From the NCBI GenBank assembly GCA_038063555.1, contig JBBTUX010000010.1:22936-86935 (forward strand): a stretch of 64,000 nucleotides of DNA, read 5' to 3'. Positions within the stretch are counted from its first letter, which is position 1. The number at the start of each line of letters is the position of its first letter. The notes below the pieces were generated by a model. The model was not told where the DNA came from, did no database searches, and saw only the letters and a program-made list of their open reading frames with translations. Shown here one piece after another: positions 42,938 to 53,295 of the stretch. The DNA comes from Patescibacteria group bacterium. GTDB lineage: Bacteria; Patescibacteriota; Minisyncoccia; Phycocordibacterales; JAKFXT01. The position numbers were made by a program, and so were the translations under genes.

Positions 42938-44038
42938 ATGTATATAGAATGTCAGAAAGATAAATTAAGTGAGTTTGTTATAAGAGCAGAGAAAATAGCG
43001 AATAAAAACGCCAGTCTGCCAATTTTAGCATGCCTTCTTTTGGTAGCGAAAGATAAAAATATTATCGGTAAGGCTACAAATCTAGAAATTGGCGTCGAAA
43101 TGTCTATCCCAGCCAAAGTTAATAAAGAGGGGGTTGTGGCTATTTCCGCCAATATTTTTTCCCAAGCTATAAATAATTTACAAGGAGGAAAAACAGTTTC
43201 TTTGGAGGAAAAAAATGGTTTTTTGGTTATAAAAAATGATATTTCAGAAATTCAATTAAAAACACAATCGCCACAAGACTTTCCTTTAATACCAAAAGGG
43301 GAGGATGGAGAGGTTGTTAATTTTAAAATAAAAGATTTTGTTTATGGTTTAAAGACGGTTATCTTCAGTTCCTCTCTCTCAAGTATAAAACCAGAGCTTG
43401 GCAGTGTCTATGTTTACCCAGAAAACCAAGAATTAGTTTTTGTTGCCACAGACTCATTTCGTTTATCTGAAAAAAGAATTGTTTCTAAACAGATAAATAA
43501 TTTTCCCTCAATACTTATTCCTCAAAAAAACTGCTTAGAATTGATAAGAGTTTTTGATGGGCTTAATGAAGACGCCAATCTTTTTTTTGGTAAAAATCAA
43601 ATTAACATAAGCACAAGCACAACGCACTTTACCTCAAGAATTGTAGACGGGTCCTTCCCTGACTATAAACAAATCATTCCTAAAAAAGGAGAAACAGTTA
43701 TACATTGTTTGAAACAAGACTTGTTTGACGGTCTAAAAGCTATAACAGTTGTTTTTGATAAATTCAATCAAGTTACTTTTGATACAAAAATAAAAGAAGG
43801 ATTTATTATTCTTTCTTCTAAAAACACAGACGTTGGGGAAGGTGAATGTAAATTAAAAATAAAAGGAGAGGGCGAAGATATTGTTATTAGTTTTAATCAA
43901 CAATATATCAAAGAGTCATTTAGCGGTTTTACTGATGATTCTATAACCCTAACTTTTGGGGGGCCACATAAACCACTTTTAATTGAAGGGGGAAAAAGTA
44001 GTTATTTTCGATACTTAGTTATGCCTATGAATAGATAA
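42938..44038 (+). CDS. dnaN: DNA polymerase III beta sliding clamp
   Basis: 366 aa, three-domain clamp, directly downstream of dnaA. Confidence 0.85.
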   Translation: MYIECQKDKLSEFVIRAEKIANKNASLPILACLLLVAKDKNIIGKATNLEIGVEMSIPAKVNKEGVVAISANIFSQAINNLQGGKTVSLEEKNGFLVIKNDISEIQLKTQSPQDFPLIPKGEDGEVVNFKIKDFVYGLKTVIFSSSLSSIKPELGSVYVYPENQELVFVATDSFRLSEKRIVSKQINNFPSILIPQKNCLELIRVFDGLNEDANLFFGKNQINISTSTTHFTSRIVDGSFPDYKQIIPKKGETVIHCLKQDLFDGLKAITVVFDKFNQVTFDTKIKEGFIILSSKNTDVGEGECKLKIKGEGEDIVISFNQQYIKESFSGFTDDSITLTFGGPHKPLLIEGGKSSYFRYLVMPMNR

Positions 44039-44042
44039 AAAA

Positions 44043-44297
44043 ATGAAATCCATAGCCGAAGTATTAAAGGGTTTCAAAATTCCCATACCACCAGAAAACA
44101 TAATTGAAAAACAAATAGAAGATTATATTTTTGACACCAAGAAAAGGAGAATAAAAGTAAAGATATCATTTCAAAATAAAATAATCTTTATTAAAACAGA
44201 CGCCTACTCCAAAAGAGAAATTTTAATTAAACAAAAAGAAATACTTGGAATAATTAAACAAAAATTTCCTAGAATACCAACAAAGACACTCAAATAA
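44043..44297 (+). CDS. Small hypothetical protein downstream of dnaN
   Basis: 84-aa basic ORF, tightly coupled to dnaN. Confidence 0.35.
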   Translation: MKSIAEVLKGFKIPIPPENIIEKQIEDYIFDTKKRRIKVKISFQNKIIFIKTDAYSKREILIKQKEILGIIKQKFPRIPTKTLK

Positions 44298-44300
44298 AAT

Positions 44301-46826
44301 TTAATTGAGTTTAAAATTTAGAGGGAAAAACCTCTCAACTTTTAAACCAGAGGCATTGTAACCGATAATTTTAAGCAAGTTTTCTTCTCTAATAATTCCA
44401 GCAATTTCTCTGTTATTAAAAGAAACATAAAAAGGACTGTTTTTGTATATTCCAATTAAATTATTATTTAGAAATATTTCAACTTTTGATAATCGCGAAG
44501 ATCCTGCGGAAACAACTGTGAAAGAAATTGGAGAAGAAGGTGCGTGTTCAGATTTTTCATCATAACCAATAACATCAAAAGAAACTTCACTCAAAGGGGC
44601 CGTTGAGAAAATGTTTGGTTTAATTGCATCAGTCCCGTACCCATTTGCTACGGCCCACTTTCTAACAGCAAACTCCCAATGAGAAAATTGAGAATCTTCG
44701 TTTGGGTCACTTGGCGGGATTCCGTTTTGTGGGTCATTTTTATTTATCCACTTTAAGATAGAGTGAACCGAGGGGACAATTTTTTCTTGCAACTTTTCTT
44801 CTGGGTAATTTTTATCAACTATAACTCCCGTGTATTTATCCACAAAGTAGGTTTCGCCACCCTGCCAAATCCCACGCAAAACAGGAGACAGACCATCTGT
44901 GTTAATAGGTGCCGCCTGGTGGAATCTTTCATCGGGAAGGGTGGAGATAGCATAAACCATAAATTCATGCCACATTGGGGCCACAATTTGCCCAGCCACT
45001 TTTTTTTCCATCGGTCTGTTATCGTTATTCCCCGCCCAAGAGCCAACCGCAAGTGAAGGGGTGTATCCTACCACCCAAGCGTCCCTATAATCGTTTGTGG
45101 TACCTGTTTTTGCCGCCACTTGGTGGTCGGGAAAATAAAGGGTGGAACGTTCTCCAAAGAGAGGTGAGCGAGCCTTATCATCAGATAAAATATCTGAAAC
45201 TATACGGGCAACATCGCTTGGCAAAGCGTTATTTTGTTGCGGTTCAAATGACTCCAGTATTTCACCGGAACCATTCTCTACCAACAAAATACCATTGGGC
45301 ACACTTTTTATACCGTCGTTTGCAAGGGCTCCGTAACCACCGGTCAATTGCAGAAGAGTTACTTCTCCACCTCCCAAAACCAAAGTTAATCCGTAACGGT
45401 CCGGATCATTAAGAGTGTTAATGCCAACGTCCTCGGCTGTTTGCAAAACATCTTTCATTCCAGAAAGATATAAAACTTTTACCGCGGGTATATTTAAGGA
45501 CTGAGCTAGAGCGTTCCGCAAAGAAACCGGGCCTCTAAATATTTGGTCATAATTTTCAGGGTTATAACAAATTGTTTCTGGGTCATCGCTAGTATAAAGC
45601 GGTTTACTCTCATCATCACAACGAGTAGAAAATTCAGTTTCAAGGTCAAAAACCATTGTGTCCGGGGTGTAACCTTTTTTGAAAGCGGTGGCATAAACAA
45701 AAGGTTTAAAAGAAGACCCGGGTTGTCTTTTGGCTAAAACCACATTAACATTGCCGTCTATTTCTTTGTCAAAATAATCGCGCGAACCAACCATTGCTAA
45801 AATTTGTCCTGTTTTGGGGTCAAGGGCTACCAGTCCAGCATTTTCTGCGTTAAATTTACCTTTGTTTAAAAGAGCGTATTTTTTTACAATTTCTTCCGCT
45901 TTTTGTTGCATGGGGACATCAATTGTGGTGATAATTTTTAAACCCTCTTCTTCCAAAGCCCGTTTACCATACTTTTCTTCCAGAATGCTTCTTAAATAAA
46001 AAACGAAGTGGGGAGCAACGATACCAATTCTTTGTGGTGGCTTAAACTCAACCTTTTCTTTTTGAGCGGAGAGATATTCCGTTTCGTTTATTAAATTATT
46101 TTCATACATTTTCCCTAACACCGAATTTTTTCTATCAGTCAATTCATCTCTGTGATTTCCGTAAGGTGAATAATAGCTTGGCGCCTGTGGCAGAGAAGCC
46201 AAGTAGGCCGATTGAGGAAGATTCAAGGAAGAAGCGCTAACACCAAAAAAAGCATGGCTAGCTTCTTCGGCTCCATAAATATTTCCCCCGTATGGGCTTT
46301 CGTTTAAATAGATCTCCAAAATTTGGTCTTTGGAAATAACCCGCTCAAGTTTTATTGCCAAAACCCACTCCTTCAACTTACGGGCAATGCTCTTGTCTCT
46401 GGTTAGAAGAGAATTTTTTACTACTTGTTGCGTAATGGTAGAACCGCCCTGAGAAAAACCCAAAGAAGTGGCGTTTACTAAAACGGCGCGAAGAAAAGAA
46501 AGAGGCCGTATCCCTTTGTGTTGGTAAAAAGTGTCATCTTCAATTGCCACAGTCGCTTTTTGTAAATAGGGGGATATTTCTGAAAGAGGGACTTCGCTTC
46601 GGCGCACATTTTCTTGTATGTTAAAAAGTAAAATTTTTCCCGTTCTGTCAAAAAACTTGGTTGATTGAGAAACTACGCGAGTATTAAAAGAATTCACGTC
46701 AGGAAGCTGCAATCTAGCCGCCCAAACAAGAATAAGTCCGGTGGTTAATAAACCCAAAGCAAAGATATTAAGCCAAATCTTTTTGGCAAGCCGTTTTTTG
46801 CTTTTTCGAACAACACGGTGATACAT
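44301..46826 (-). CDS. mrcA: Penicillin-binding protein 1A (bifunctional glycosyltransferase/transpeptidase)
   Basis: GT51 motifs EDDTFYQHKGI and GGSTITQQ, then a transpeptidase domain with a SxxK-type region. Confidence 0.85.
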   Translation of the reverse strand: MYHRVVRKSKKRLAKKIWLNIFALGLLTTGLILVWAARLQLPDVNSFNTRVVSQSTKFFDRTGKILLFNIQENVRRSEVPLSEISPYLQKATVAIEDDTFYQHKGIRPLSFLRAVLVNATSLGFSQGGSTITQQVVKNSLLTRDKSIARKLKEWVLAIKLERVISKDQILEIYLNESPYGGNIYGAEEASHAFFGVSASSLNLPQSAYLASLPQAPSYYSPYGNHRDELTDRKNSVLGKMYENNLINETEYLSAQKEKVEFKPPQRIGIVAPHFVFYLRSILEEKYGKRALEEEGLKIITTIDVPMQQKAEEIVKKYALLNKGKFNAENAGLVALDPKTGQILAMVGSRDYFDKEIDGNVNVVLAKRQPGSSFKPFVYATAFKKGYTPDTMVFDLETEFSTRCDDESKPLYTSDDPETICYNPENYDQIFRGPVSLRNALAQSLNIPAVKVLYLSGMKDVLQTAEDVGINTLNDPDRYGLTLVLGGGEVTLLQLTGGYGALANDGIKSVPNGILLVENGSGEILESFEPQQNNALPSDVARIVSDILSDDKARSPLFGERSTLYFPDHQVAAKTGTTNDYRDAWVVGYTPSLAVGSWAGNNDNRPMEKKVAGQIVAPMWHEFMVYAISTLPDERFHQAAPINTDGLSPVLRGIWQGGETYFVDKYTGVIVDKNYPEEKLQEKIVPSVHSILKWINKNDPQNGIPPSDPNEDSQFSHWEFAVRKWAVANGYGTDAIKPNIFSTAPLSEVSFDVIGYDEKSEHAPSSPISFTVVSAGSSRLSKVEIFLNNNLIGIYKNSPFYVSFNNREIAGIIREENLLKIIGYNASGLKVERFFPLNFKLN

Positions 46827-46900
46827 TTCATTAATCCTAGCAAAAAACAGCCCTCAAACAAGAGATTTTATAAATTCTGGCGACATGATAAAGTTATAGA

Positions 46901-48112
46901 ATGTTTGGTTTTGCCGCGAACAAAAAAGCCCTAATACCCAAAGAAAACGAGGTGGGTGAGTTTCTTTCCCGCGGAGTAGCCGAAGTTGTTGATAGAAACG
47001 AATTTAGAAAACTGCTTTTGGGTGGCAAGCCCCTGCGTATTAAATTGGGAATAGACCCGACCAGTCCGAATATTCATTTGGGGCGCGCCGCGGTGCTTTG
47101 GAAATTGAAAAAACTGCAAGATTGGGGGCATAAAATAGTTTTAATTGTGGGAGACTTTACCGGTGTTATTGGGGACTCATCTGATAAAGAAAGTGAAAGA
47201 CCAATGCTTTCTAAGGAAGAAGTGGAACAAAATATGAAAAATTATTTTTCCCAAATGGGGAAAATAATAAATTTGGCATCGGCTGAGCAGTACCACAATT
47301 CAAAATGGCTTTCCAGAATAACTTACGCTGAATTGGGTGCCCAAGCCGACAGGTTCTCTCTTTCTGATTTTATAGCAAGAGAAAATATAAAGCGCCGGCT
47401 TGATAAAGGAACAAGAGTTTCTCTGCGCGAACTCCTTTATCCCTTAATGCAAGGATACGATAGCGTGGCCGTCAAAGCCGACATTGAATTTGGCGGAACG
47501 GACCAACGCTTCAATCTTCTGTCGGGAAGAACATTACAAACTTATTACAAACAAAAACCGCAACAGCTCATGACACTAGAACTTTTGCCAGGGCTTGATG
47601 GCAGGAAAATGAGTTCTAGTTGGGGTAATACCATAAACATAAATGACAGTGCCGAAAACATGTATGGCAAAACAATGCGTCTCCCAGATAGTTTGGTGAA
47701 AATTTATTTTAAACTAGCAACAAATCTTCCAATGGATGAAATTGAAAGCGCGATGGCTTCCCTTAGAGAAAACAAAATACACCCAAAGGAAGTTAAAATG
47801 AAGTTAGCAAGAACCATAACGGCAATGTATTATGGCCAAAAAGTTGCGATTGAAACAGAGCAAAATTTTGTTAAAAAATTTACTGAAGGAGTAGAAGCAG
47901 AAAATATTCCAACAGAAAAACTTATTGGCAGTGAACTTTTGGTGGATGTTTTCTTGCGTGCCAAAGTAATTGAATCAAAATCAGAGTTTGCCAGACTAGT
48001 TTCAAGTGGTTCAATTGAAATTCTTGGCGGACCAAAAATTGTTAATGGTAAGGCTCCAGCTCTCCGCAAAACATACAGAATAGGAAAACACCGATTTCTT
48101 AAAATAATTTAA
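46901..48112 (+). CDS. tyrS: Tyrosyl-tRNA synthetase
   Basis: HIGH-like ...GIDPTSPNIHLGRA..., KMSKS-type KMSSSWG, and a C-terminal S4-like domain. Confidence 0.85.
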   Translation: MFGFAANKKALIPKENEVGEFLSRGVAEVVDRNEFRKLLLGGKPLRIKLGIDPTSPNIHLGRAAVLWKLKKLQDWGHKIVLIVGDFTGVIGDSSDKESERPMLSKEEVEQNMKNYFSQMGKIINLASAEQYHNSKWLSRITYAELGAQADRFSLSDFIARENIKRRLDKGTRVSLRELLYPLMQGYDSVAVKADIEFGGTDQRFNLLSGRTLQTYYKQKPQQLMTLELLPGLDGRKMSSSWGNTININDSAENMYGKTMRLPDSLVKIYFKLATNLPMDEIESAMASLRENKIHPKEVKMKLARTITAMYYGQKVAIETEQNFVKKFTEGVEAENIPTEKLIGSELLVDVFLRAKVIESKSEFARLVSSGSIEILGGPKIVNGKAPALRKTYRIGKHRFLKII

Positions 48113-48145
48113 AAACTCCTCTTTTGGAGGAGTTTTTAAATTTTA
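48113..48145. terminator. Bidirectional rho-independent terminator
   Basis: aaaaACTCCTCttttGGAGGAGTttttaaatttt. Confidence 0.7.
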
Positions 48146-48367
48146 GAGACAATCTTTTTCTTCGGGTTCAAAGTCCATTTTGTCAGCGTCCAATTCATCG
48201 TCGCTCAAAGCTCCCAAACCATCTGAAATACCCGTTTTTCCTTCTAAAGCAGGGTCTAATGTAACTCCCATAAGGTCGTCATCGTCAGGGTTTATTTTGG
48301 CATTTCCCACAATTTCTATATTTTCCTTTTTAAAATCCTCGTTGAGGTCGTCTTGATTTGAATCCAT
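48143..48367 (-). CDS. Small highly acidic hypothetical protein
   Basis: 74 aa, very Asp/Glu-rich. Confidence 0.35.
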   Translation of the reverse strand: MDSNQDDLNEDFKKENIEIVGNAKINPDDDDLMGVTLDPALEGKTGISDGLGALSDDELDADKMDFEPEEKDCL

Positions 48368-48442
48368 ACCTTTTAATTACTTGCATGCTACTTATATGCC
48401 CATTTTGTAACATAAGCGCTTTTTTTTGTAAATATTATTTTT

Positions 48443-48928
48443 TTAACCTGTGGATAATTGACGAAAAGAGGCAGAAGCCGTCAGGGCAACCGCAATAGCA
48501 TCATACTCATCATCAATCATTTTTCTTGCAGGGATTTTTATCAACTTTGAAATCATAAACTCCACTTGTCTTTTGTCGGCTCTGCCATAACCGATAATTG
48601 CGTTTTTGATTTGTAGCGGAGTGTACTCAACCACCCTCGCTTTATTTTTTTTAGCTATATATATAATTGCTCCGCGAACCTCGGCAACGCGCATAACCGT
48701 TTTTTGGTTTTTATTTAAAAAAAGGTTTTCTATGGATAAAAGATCTGGTTTATATTTATTAATTATCTTTTCCACTTTTTCCCCGATAAGGACCAATCTT
48801 TCCGCAAAAGGTAGCTTGGCAGAAGTTTTGAAGCACTCACTGTGTAATAATTTTTCTTCACCTCTTTTTCCTTGAATAACCGCAATTCCAAGTCGTTCAT
48901 ATCCTGGGTCAATGCCAAGTACTTTCAT
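48443..48928 (-). CDS. ruvC: Crossover junction endodeoxyribonuclease RuvC
   Basis: MKVLGIDPGYERLGIAVIQ... plus conserved acidic residues. Confidence 0.8.
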   Translation of the reverse strand: MKVLGIDPGYERLGIAVIQGKRGEEKLLHSECFKTSAKLPFAERLVLIGEKVEKIINKYKPDLLSIENLFLNKNQKTVMRVAEVRGAIIYIAKKNKARVVEYTPLQIKNAIIGYGRADKRQVEFMISKLIKIPARKMIDDEYDAIAVALTASASFRQLSTG

Positions 48929-48933
48929 AATAA

Positions 48934-49473
48934 TTATTCTTGCAGTTCTGCGTTGGTAAAAACTTCTTGTACTTCATCATTACTTTCCAATTTTTCCATT
49001 AAATTTATCAAAGAGGAGCTGGCTTCTTTTGAGAGAGATGTCATTATTGATGGTTCAAAACTATTTTCTGTTTTTTCAAACGCCCACATAGCGCTTCCTT
49101 TGGCTCCAAGAGAGCCCCCATTTTTAGAAAGAATATGTTTTATTTCTTGTGTCGCCTTATTTCTATTATCGGTCAAAACCTCAATTAAAAGTGCGGCACC
49201 GCCTGCGCCATAGGCTTCATAAGTTAAAGATTCCATTTCTGCGCTATTTACACTCACTCCTTTTTTGATGGCTCTTTCTATTGTGTCTTTGGGCATATTT
49301 TCTTTTTTGGCTTTTTCAATTGCCGCTCTTAATTCCGGTGCGTTCACATCACCTCTACATTTTTTGGAAGCTACAGCTAGAAAACGTCCCAGTTTACCGA
49401 ATAATTTAGAACGCGCCGAATCCGCCGCTCCTTTAGCTCTTTTTATTTGCGCCCATTTAGAGTGTCCTGCCAT
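48934..49473 (-). CDS. yebC: YebC/PmpR-family probable transcriptional regulator
   Basis: MAGHSKWAQIKRAKGAADSARSKLFGKL... is the canonical YebC N-terminus. Confidence 0.8.
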   Translation of the reverse strand: MAGHSKWAQIKRAKGAADSARSKLFGKLGRFLAVASKKCRGDVNAPELRAAIEKAKKENMPKDTIERAIKKGVSVNSAEMESLTYEAYGAGGAALLIEVLTDNRNKATQEIKHILSKNGGSLGAKGSAMWAFEKTENSFEPSIMTSLSKEASSSLINLMEKLESNDEVQEVFTNAELQE

Positions 49474-49577
49474 AATTAACAGTTTAACCGTCTAAATTTT
49501 GAAAAGCAAAATTTAAGAAGACGAAGAGAATCTGTTTTTCAGCAAGGTGGAGTTTGGAGCGCTAGTAAAAAACAATT

Positions 49578-49868
49578 TTATTTTCTTAAATGAAAAGAGG
49601 GAAGTGGAGAATGTCCCAAAGAATTGTGAATTGTAGTATGAATTTTATCCCCCCTAATTTCAAAATGTGGATGAAGCGAGGTTCCTTCTGGATGAAATTC
49701 GGTGCGATACACTTTATTGTTGCGCACTTCATACCAAGGTAAAACTTTCGCGCCGTCCTTATGATGAATAGTAGTAAAAATATGATTACCTCTCATTTCA
49801 AATTGTGGTGTGGCGCTGTGAACTCCGCCGGCTTCATGATCTAAAGAATGTAGGAAAGTTCGATCCAT
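49578..49868 (-). CDS. Small His-rich hypothetical protein with internal duplication
   Basis: PQFEMRGNHIFTTIHH repeats as PHFEIRGDKIHTTIHN. Occupies the position where ruvA is usually found. Confidence 0.4.
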   Translation of the reverse strand: MDRTFLHSLDHEAGGVHSATPQFEMRGNHIFTTIHHKDGAKVLPWYEVRNNKVYRTEFHPEGTSLHPHFEIRGDKIHTTIHNSLGHSPLPSFHLRK

Positions 49869-49872
49869 TTTT

Positions 49873-50886
49873 TTAGAGTAATTTATTTTGCGGGTTTATC
49901 GGCGGATTTTTTCCAAGATGTGTAAAACCGCGTTCCGTTACCACCCTGCCTCTTGGTGTTCTTTCTAAAAGTCCCAATTGCATCAAATATGGCTCATGCA
50001 CTTCTTCCACCGTTCCTTCGTCTTCGGAAAGTGCCGCGGCAATGGTTGTAAGTCCAACAGGGCCACCATTAAATTTATCAATTAGCATTGTTAAAAGGGA
50101 ACGGTCAGCGTTTTGTAGTCCCAATTTATCAACCCCCAAAAGTGAAAGTGCCTCATCGGCCATTTTTTTACTCAAAGATTCTTTTTGTACTTGAGCAAAA
50201 TCGCGACAACGTTTTAATAAATAATTGGCAACGCGCGGAGTGAAACGGCTACGTTTACCAATTTCCAAAACAGCCTCTTTTTCAGCGTTTATTCCCAAAA
50301 GTTTAGCTGAGCGCGTAATAATTTTTTCTATTTCTTCTTGTGTGTAAAATTCAAGACGAAAAACTCCTCCACCAAAACGACTTCTTAAAGGAGAGGAGAG
50401 GAGAGCCATACGAGTGGTTGCGGCAATTAGTGTAAAGGGAGGCAACTCAAGCTGTATAGTTCTTGCTGAAGGTCCTTTGCCGATAATGATATCCAAAACC
50501 CCAGATTCCATTGCTGGGTAGAGAACTTCTTCAATTGTTTTATTTAAGCGATGAATTTCGTCTATAAAGAGAACGTCTTTAGGGGTGAGGTTGGTAAGAA
50601 TTGAAGCAAGATCCCCCACTTTTTCAATTGCAGGGCCCGACGTAATTTTTATACCGCTGCCGATTTCTTTGGCTATTAAATGTGCCAAAGTTGTTTTACC
50701 AAGTCCCGGAGGTCCATAAAAAAGGAGGTGTTCCGGAGCATGATTACGTTCTTTAGCGGCAGAGAGTAAAATTTCTAAATTTCTCTTTATTTTTTCTTGG
50801 CCAACATACTCTTCAAAGGAAGAGGGACGTAGGGCCTGATCTAAATAAGTATCTTTTCCGCTTTGCCCTTCGTTTTTCTTATTCAT
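49873..50886 (-). CDS. ruvB: Holliday junction branch-migration helicase RuvB
   Basis: Walker A GPPGLGKTTLAHLIA, then ...LFIDEIHRL..., then a winged-helix C-terminus. Confidence 0.9.
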   Translation of the reverse strand: MNKKNEGQSGKDTYLDQALRPSSFEEYVGQEKIKRNLEILLSAAKERNHAPEHLLFYGPPGLGKTTLAHLIAKEIGSGIKITSGPAIEKVGDLASILTNLTPKDVLFIDEIHRLNKTIEEVLYPAMESGVLDIIIGKGPSARTIQLELPPFTLIAATTRMALLSSPLRSRFGGGVFRLEFYTQEEIEKIITRSAKLLGINAEKEAVLEIGKRSRFTPRVANYLLKRCRDFAQVQKESLSKKMADEALSLLGVDKLGLQNADRSLLTMLIDKFNGGPVGLTTIAAALSEDEGTVEEVHEPYLMQLGLLERTPRGRVVTERGFTHLGKNPPINPQNKLL

Positions 50887-51438
50887 AGTTTATTTTTTTG
50901 GAGTTATGGTCATTGTATCACGCAAAAAAGAGCCCCAAAAACTGCCCCCAAAGAGAAAAGATATGACCATAAAAAACCCTTGACAGCAAGGAGTCTTTAT
51001 GCTACACTTCTAAACAGCCCGTAAGTCTAAACCATGTCTTTTCTTTTATAAGAAAAGAGCCAAACTTACTAAATACAAGTCAAATCCAGTGCAGTATTCT
51101 CTAAGGAATTGGGTCCCCGGACCTACTGGTGTTTTCGCAAGGACGTTTTTGGTTTTTACTTTATGTAAAACACTGATTCTATCCTCAGGAAAATTCTTAA
51201 CTTTTAAAGCCTCGCTTTTAAAGTATCCCTTAGAGAATAATGAACTGGATTTGCTTGTCCTGTAGAAAATTTGGTGACCTAAATTTTCGTTAGGAGCTTT
51301 TTTTACTTTACGCTCACCGTAATTTTTTGGTAGTGGCGCTCTTTCGATTTTTACTTTGTAATTTCCTCGCCAAAATTTTTTGTTATATAAAAAAATAATA
51401 AAAAACTATATAGTTTAGAAAATTTTAGCGGACAGAGC

Positions 51439-53106
51439 CTAAATTTCAAGATCTACCACCCGAATGAGTTCATCCAAGGTTGTAACTCCTTGTAAAACTT
51501 TTACCATACCATCTTCTTTAAGATTCATTATTCCTTGAACGCGAGAAACTTTTTCTATTTCTGATTCTGATGGATTTTGATTTATTATTTTATCTATGGT
51601 GTCATCCATTTTTATAGCTTCATAAATTCCAATGCGTCCCTTGTAACCCAAACCGCTACACTTATCGCAACCCACCGCTTGCCAAATTTTTTCCGTTTGT
51701 AAGTTTTCTGGTCTATCTTTTATTTCAGAAATAATAGAATCTATTATTTTTTTCTGCTCTGCCGTTGCGGGGATTTCTTTGGCGCAATATTTACAAAGTT
51801 TCCTAAGGAGTCTTTGGGCTAAAACCAAATTAACAGTGGAACTTATAATTTTTGGATTAACGTCTAAATCAATAAGGCGTGGGAAAGCTCCCGCGGCGGA
51901 ATTAGTGTGCAAAGTAGAAAGCACAAAATGTCCGGTGTTTGCCGACTGAATTGCAATTTCGGCAGTTTCTGCGTCGCGTATTTCACCAACCATAATCACA
52001 TCGGGGTCTTGGCGCAAGGCGCTTCGCAGTCCCCCGGCAAAAGTGTATTGTTTGTGATCAACCTGCGTTTGCACCGTGCCCTTTAAGTGATATTCAATGG
52101 GGTCTTCAATAGTTATTATTTTTATTTCTGGATTATGTATGCGACGTAAAAACGCGTAAAGAGTGGTGGTTTTACCCGACCCGGTAGGACCCGTGGTTAA
52201 AAGCATCCCATTTGGTTTTTTTATTTCTTTATCAAGAATTTGGAAAAGTTTTTCTGGAATCCCCAATTCTTCCATAGGAACTTGTATGGATTTTGGGTTT
52301 AGTATGCGCATTACAACAGATTCGCTATAAGCGCCCGGCAAAAGGGAGGTGCGTATTTCAATTTCTTCGTTGGTTACTTTTATAGAAAAACGTCCATCTT
52401 GGGGAAGATTTTTGACATTAAGTTTTAAACGAGAAAGAAGTTTAATTCGCGAAAGCAAAAGTTGAAAAGTTTCTTTATCGAATCTTAGGATGTCCGTTAA
52501 TACCCCATCAAGTCTGTAACGAAGACGCGTATCAGTTTCTTCTGGCTCCACGTGCACATCTGACGCGCCGAGCGCGAGTGCGCCAGAGAGAACAATTTCT
52601 AAAATACGAGAAATTCTATAACTTTTATTTTGGTGTAATACCCCTTCAATAAGTTTCACAACATCATTTAAGGTATGAACTTTAGAAAGAAAGACTTCTA
52701 TTTCTTCATTTGATATGTCTAACACACCGGCTTTTGTTTCGGAGGCAAAAGAAATTTCTTTATAGCGTCCCCAGGCTCTTTCAAGAGAGGCCTTAGAAAC
52801 CATGTAAATTTCTAATTCATATCCCTTTCGTTTCAAATCGTCCAAAGCGCTTTTGGCGGAGTCATTTTCAGGGGAGAGAACAGCTACTTTTAGTTTTCTA
52901 TTGGTAATTTCAAAAATAGCTATTTTGGCGCGGCGGGACTCATCTTCCGGTAATAATCTCAAAGCATCAGTCTCTATTGAAATACGAGAAAGATCCAAGT
53001 ATTCCACCCCATACTTTTGGGAGAGTATTATTGCTAAATCCTCCTCCTCTTTTTTCAGAAGATCACTAACTTTTTTATGAGATTTATCTTCATCAAAGCT
53101 GATCAT
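51439..53106 (-). CDS. pilB: Type IV pilus / type II secretion assembly ATPase (PilB/GspE family)
   Basis: N-terminal GSPII-E domain. Walker A TGPTGSGKTTTLYAFL. Zinc-binding CxxC...CxxC region (CKYCAKE...CDKCSGLGYKGR). Confidence 0.85.
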   Translation of the reverse strand: MISFDEDKSHKKVSDLLKKEEEDLAIILSQKYGVEYLDLSRISIETDALRLLPEDESRRAKIAIFEITNRKLKVAVLSPENDSAKSALDDLKRKGYELEIYMVSKASLERAWGRYKEISFASETKAGVLDISNEEIEVFLSKVHTLNDVVKLIEGVLHQNKSYRISRILEIVLSGALALGASDVHVEPEETDTRLRYRLDGVLTDILRFDKETFQLLLSRIKLLSRLKLNVKNLPQDGRFSIKVTNEEIEIRTSLLPGAYSESVVMRILNPKSIQVPMEELGIPEKLFQILDKEIKKPNGMLLTTGPTGSGKTTTLYAFLRRIHNPEIKIITIEDPIEYHLKGTVQTQVDHKQYTFAGGLRSALRQDPDVIMVGEIRDAETAEIAIQSANTGHFVLSTLHTNSAAGAFPRLIDLDVNPKIISSTVNLVLAQRLLRKLCKYCAKEIPATAEQKKIIDSIISEIKDRPENLQTEKIWQAVGCDKCSGLGYKGRIGIYEAIKMDDTIDKIINQNPSESEIEKVSRVQGIMNLKEDGMVKVLQGVTTLDELIRVVDLEI

Positions 53107-53189
53107 TTATTCGTAATGATATCACAAAGCTCTAGGAAAACGGCTCAAAAAACGGCTAAGACAAGCCGTTTTCGGGGGAAGAGAATATC

Positions 53190-53218
53190 TTGACTTTTGT
53201 ATTTTTATGGTGTATAAT
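53190..53218 (+). promoter_or_regulatory. Consensus sigma70-type promoter (TTGACT-17-TATAAT)
   Basis: cTTGACTtttgtatttttatggtgTATAATtg, upstream of the GC-rich lipoprotein-like gene. Confidence 0.55.
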
Positions 53219-53295
53219 TGTGGGTAGGTAAGTTTGGGATTAAAACCCCTTCGAAATTCAACAATTCTGCCACAATGGCAGGGAAAGGAATTACC

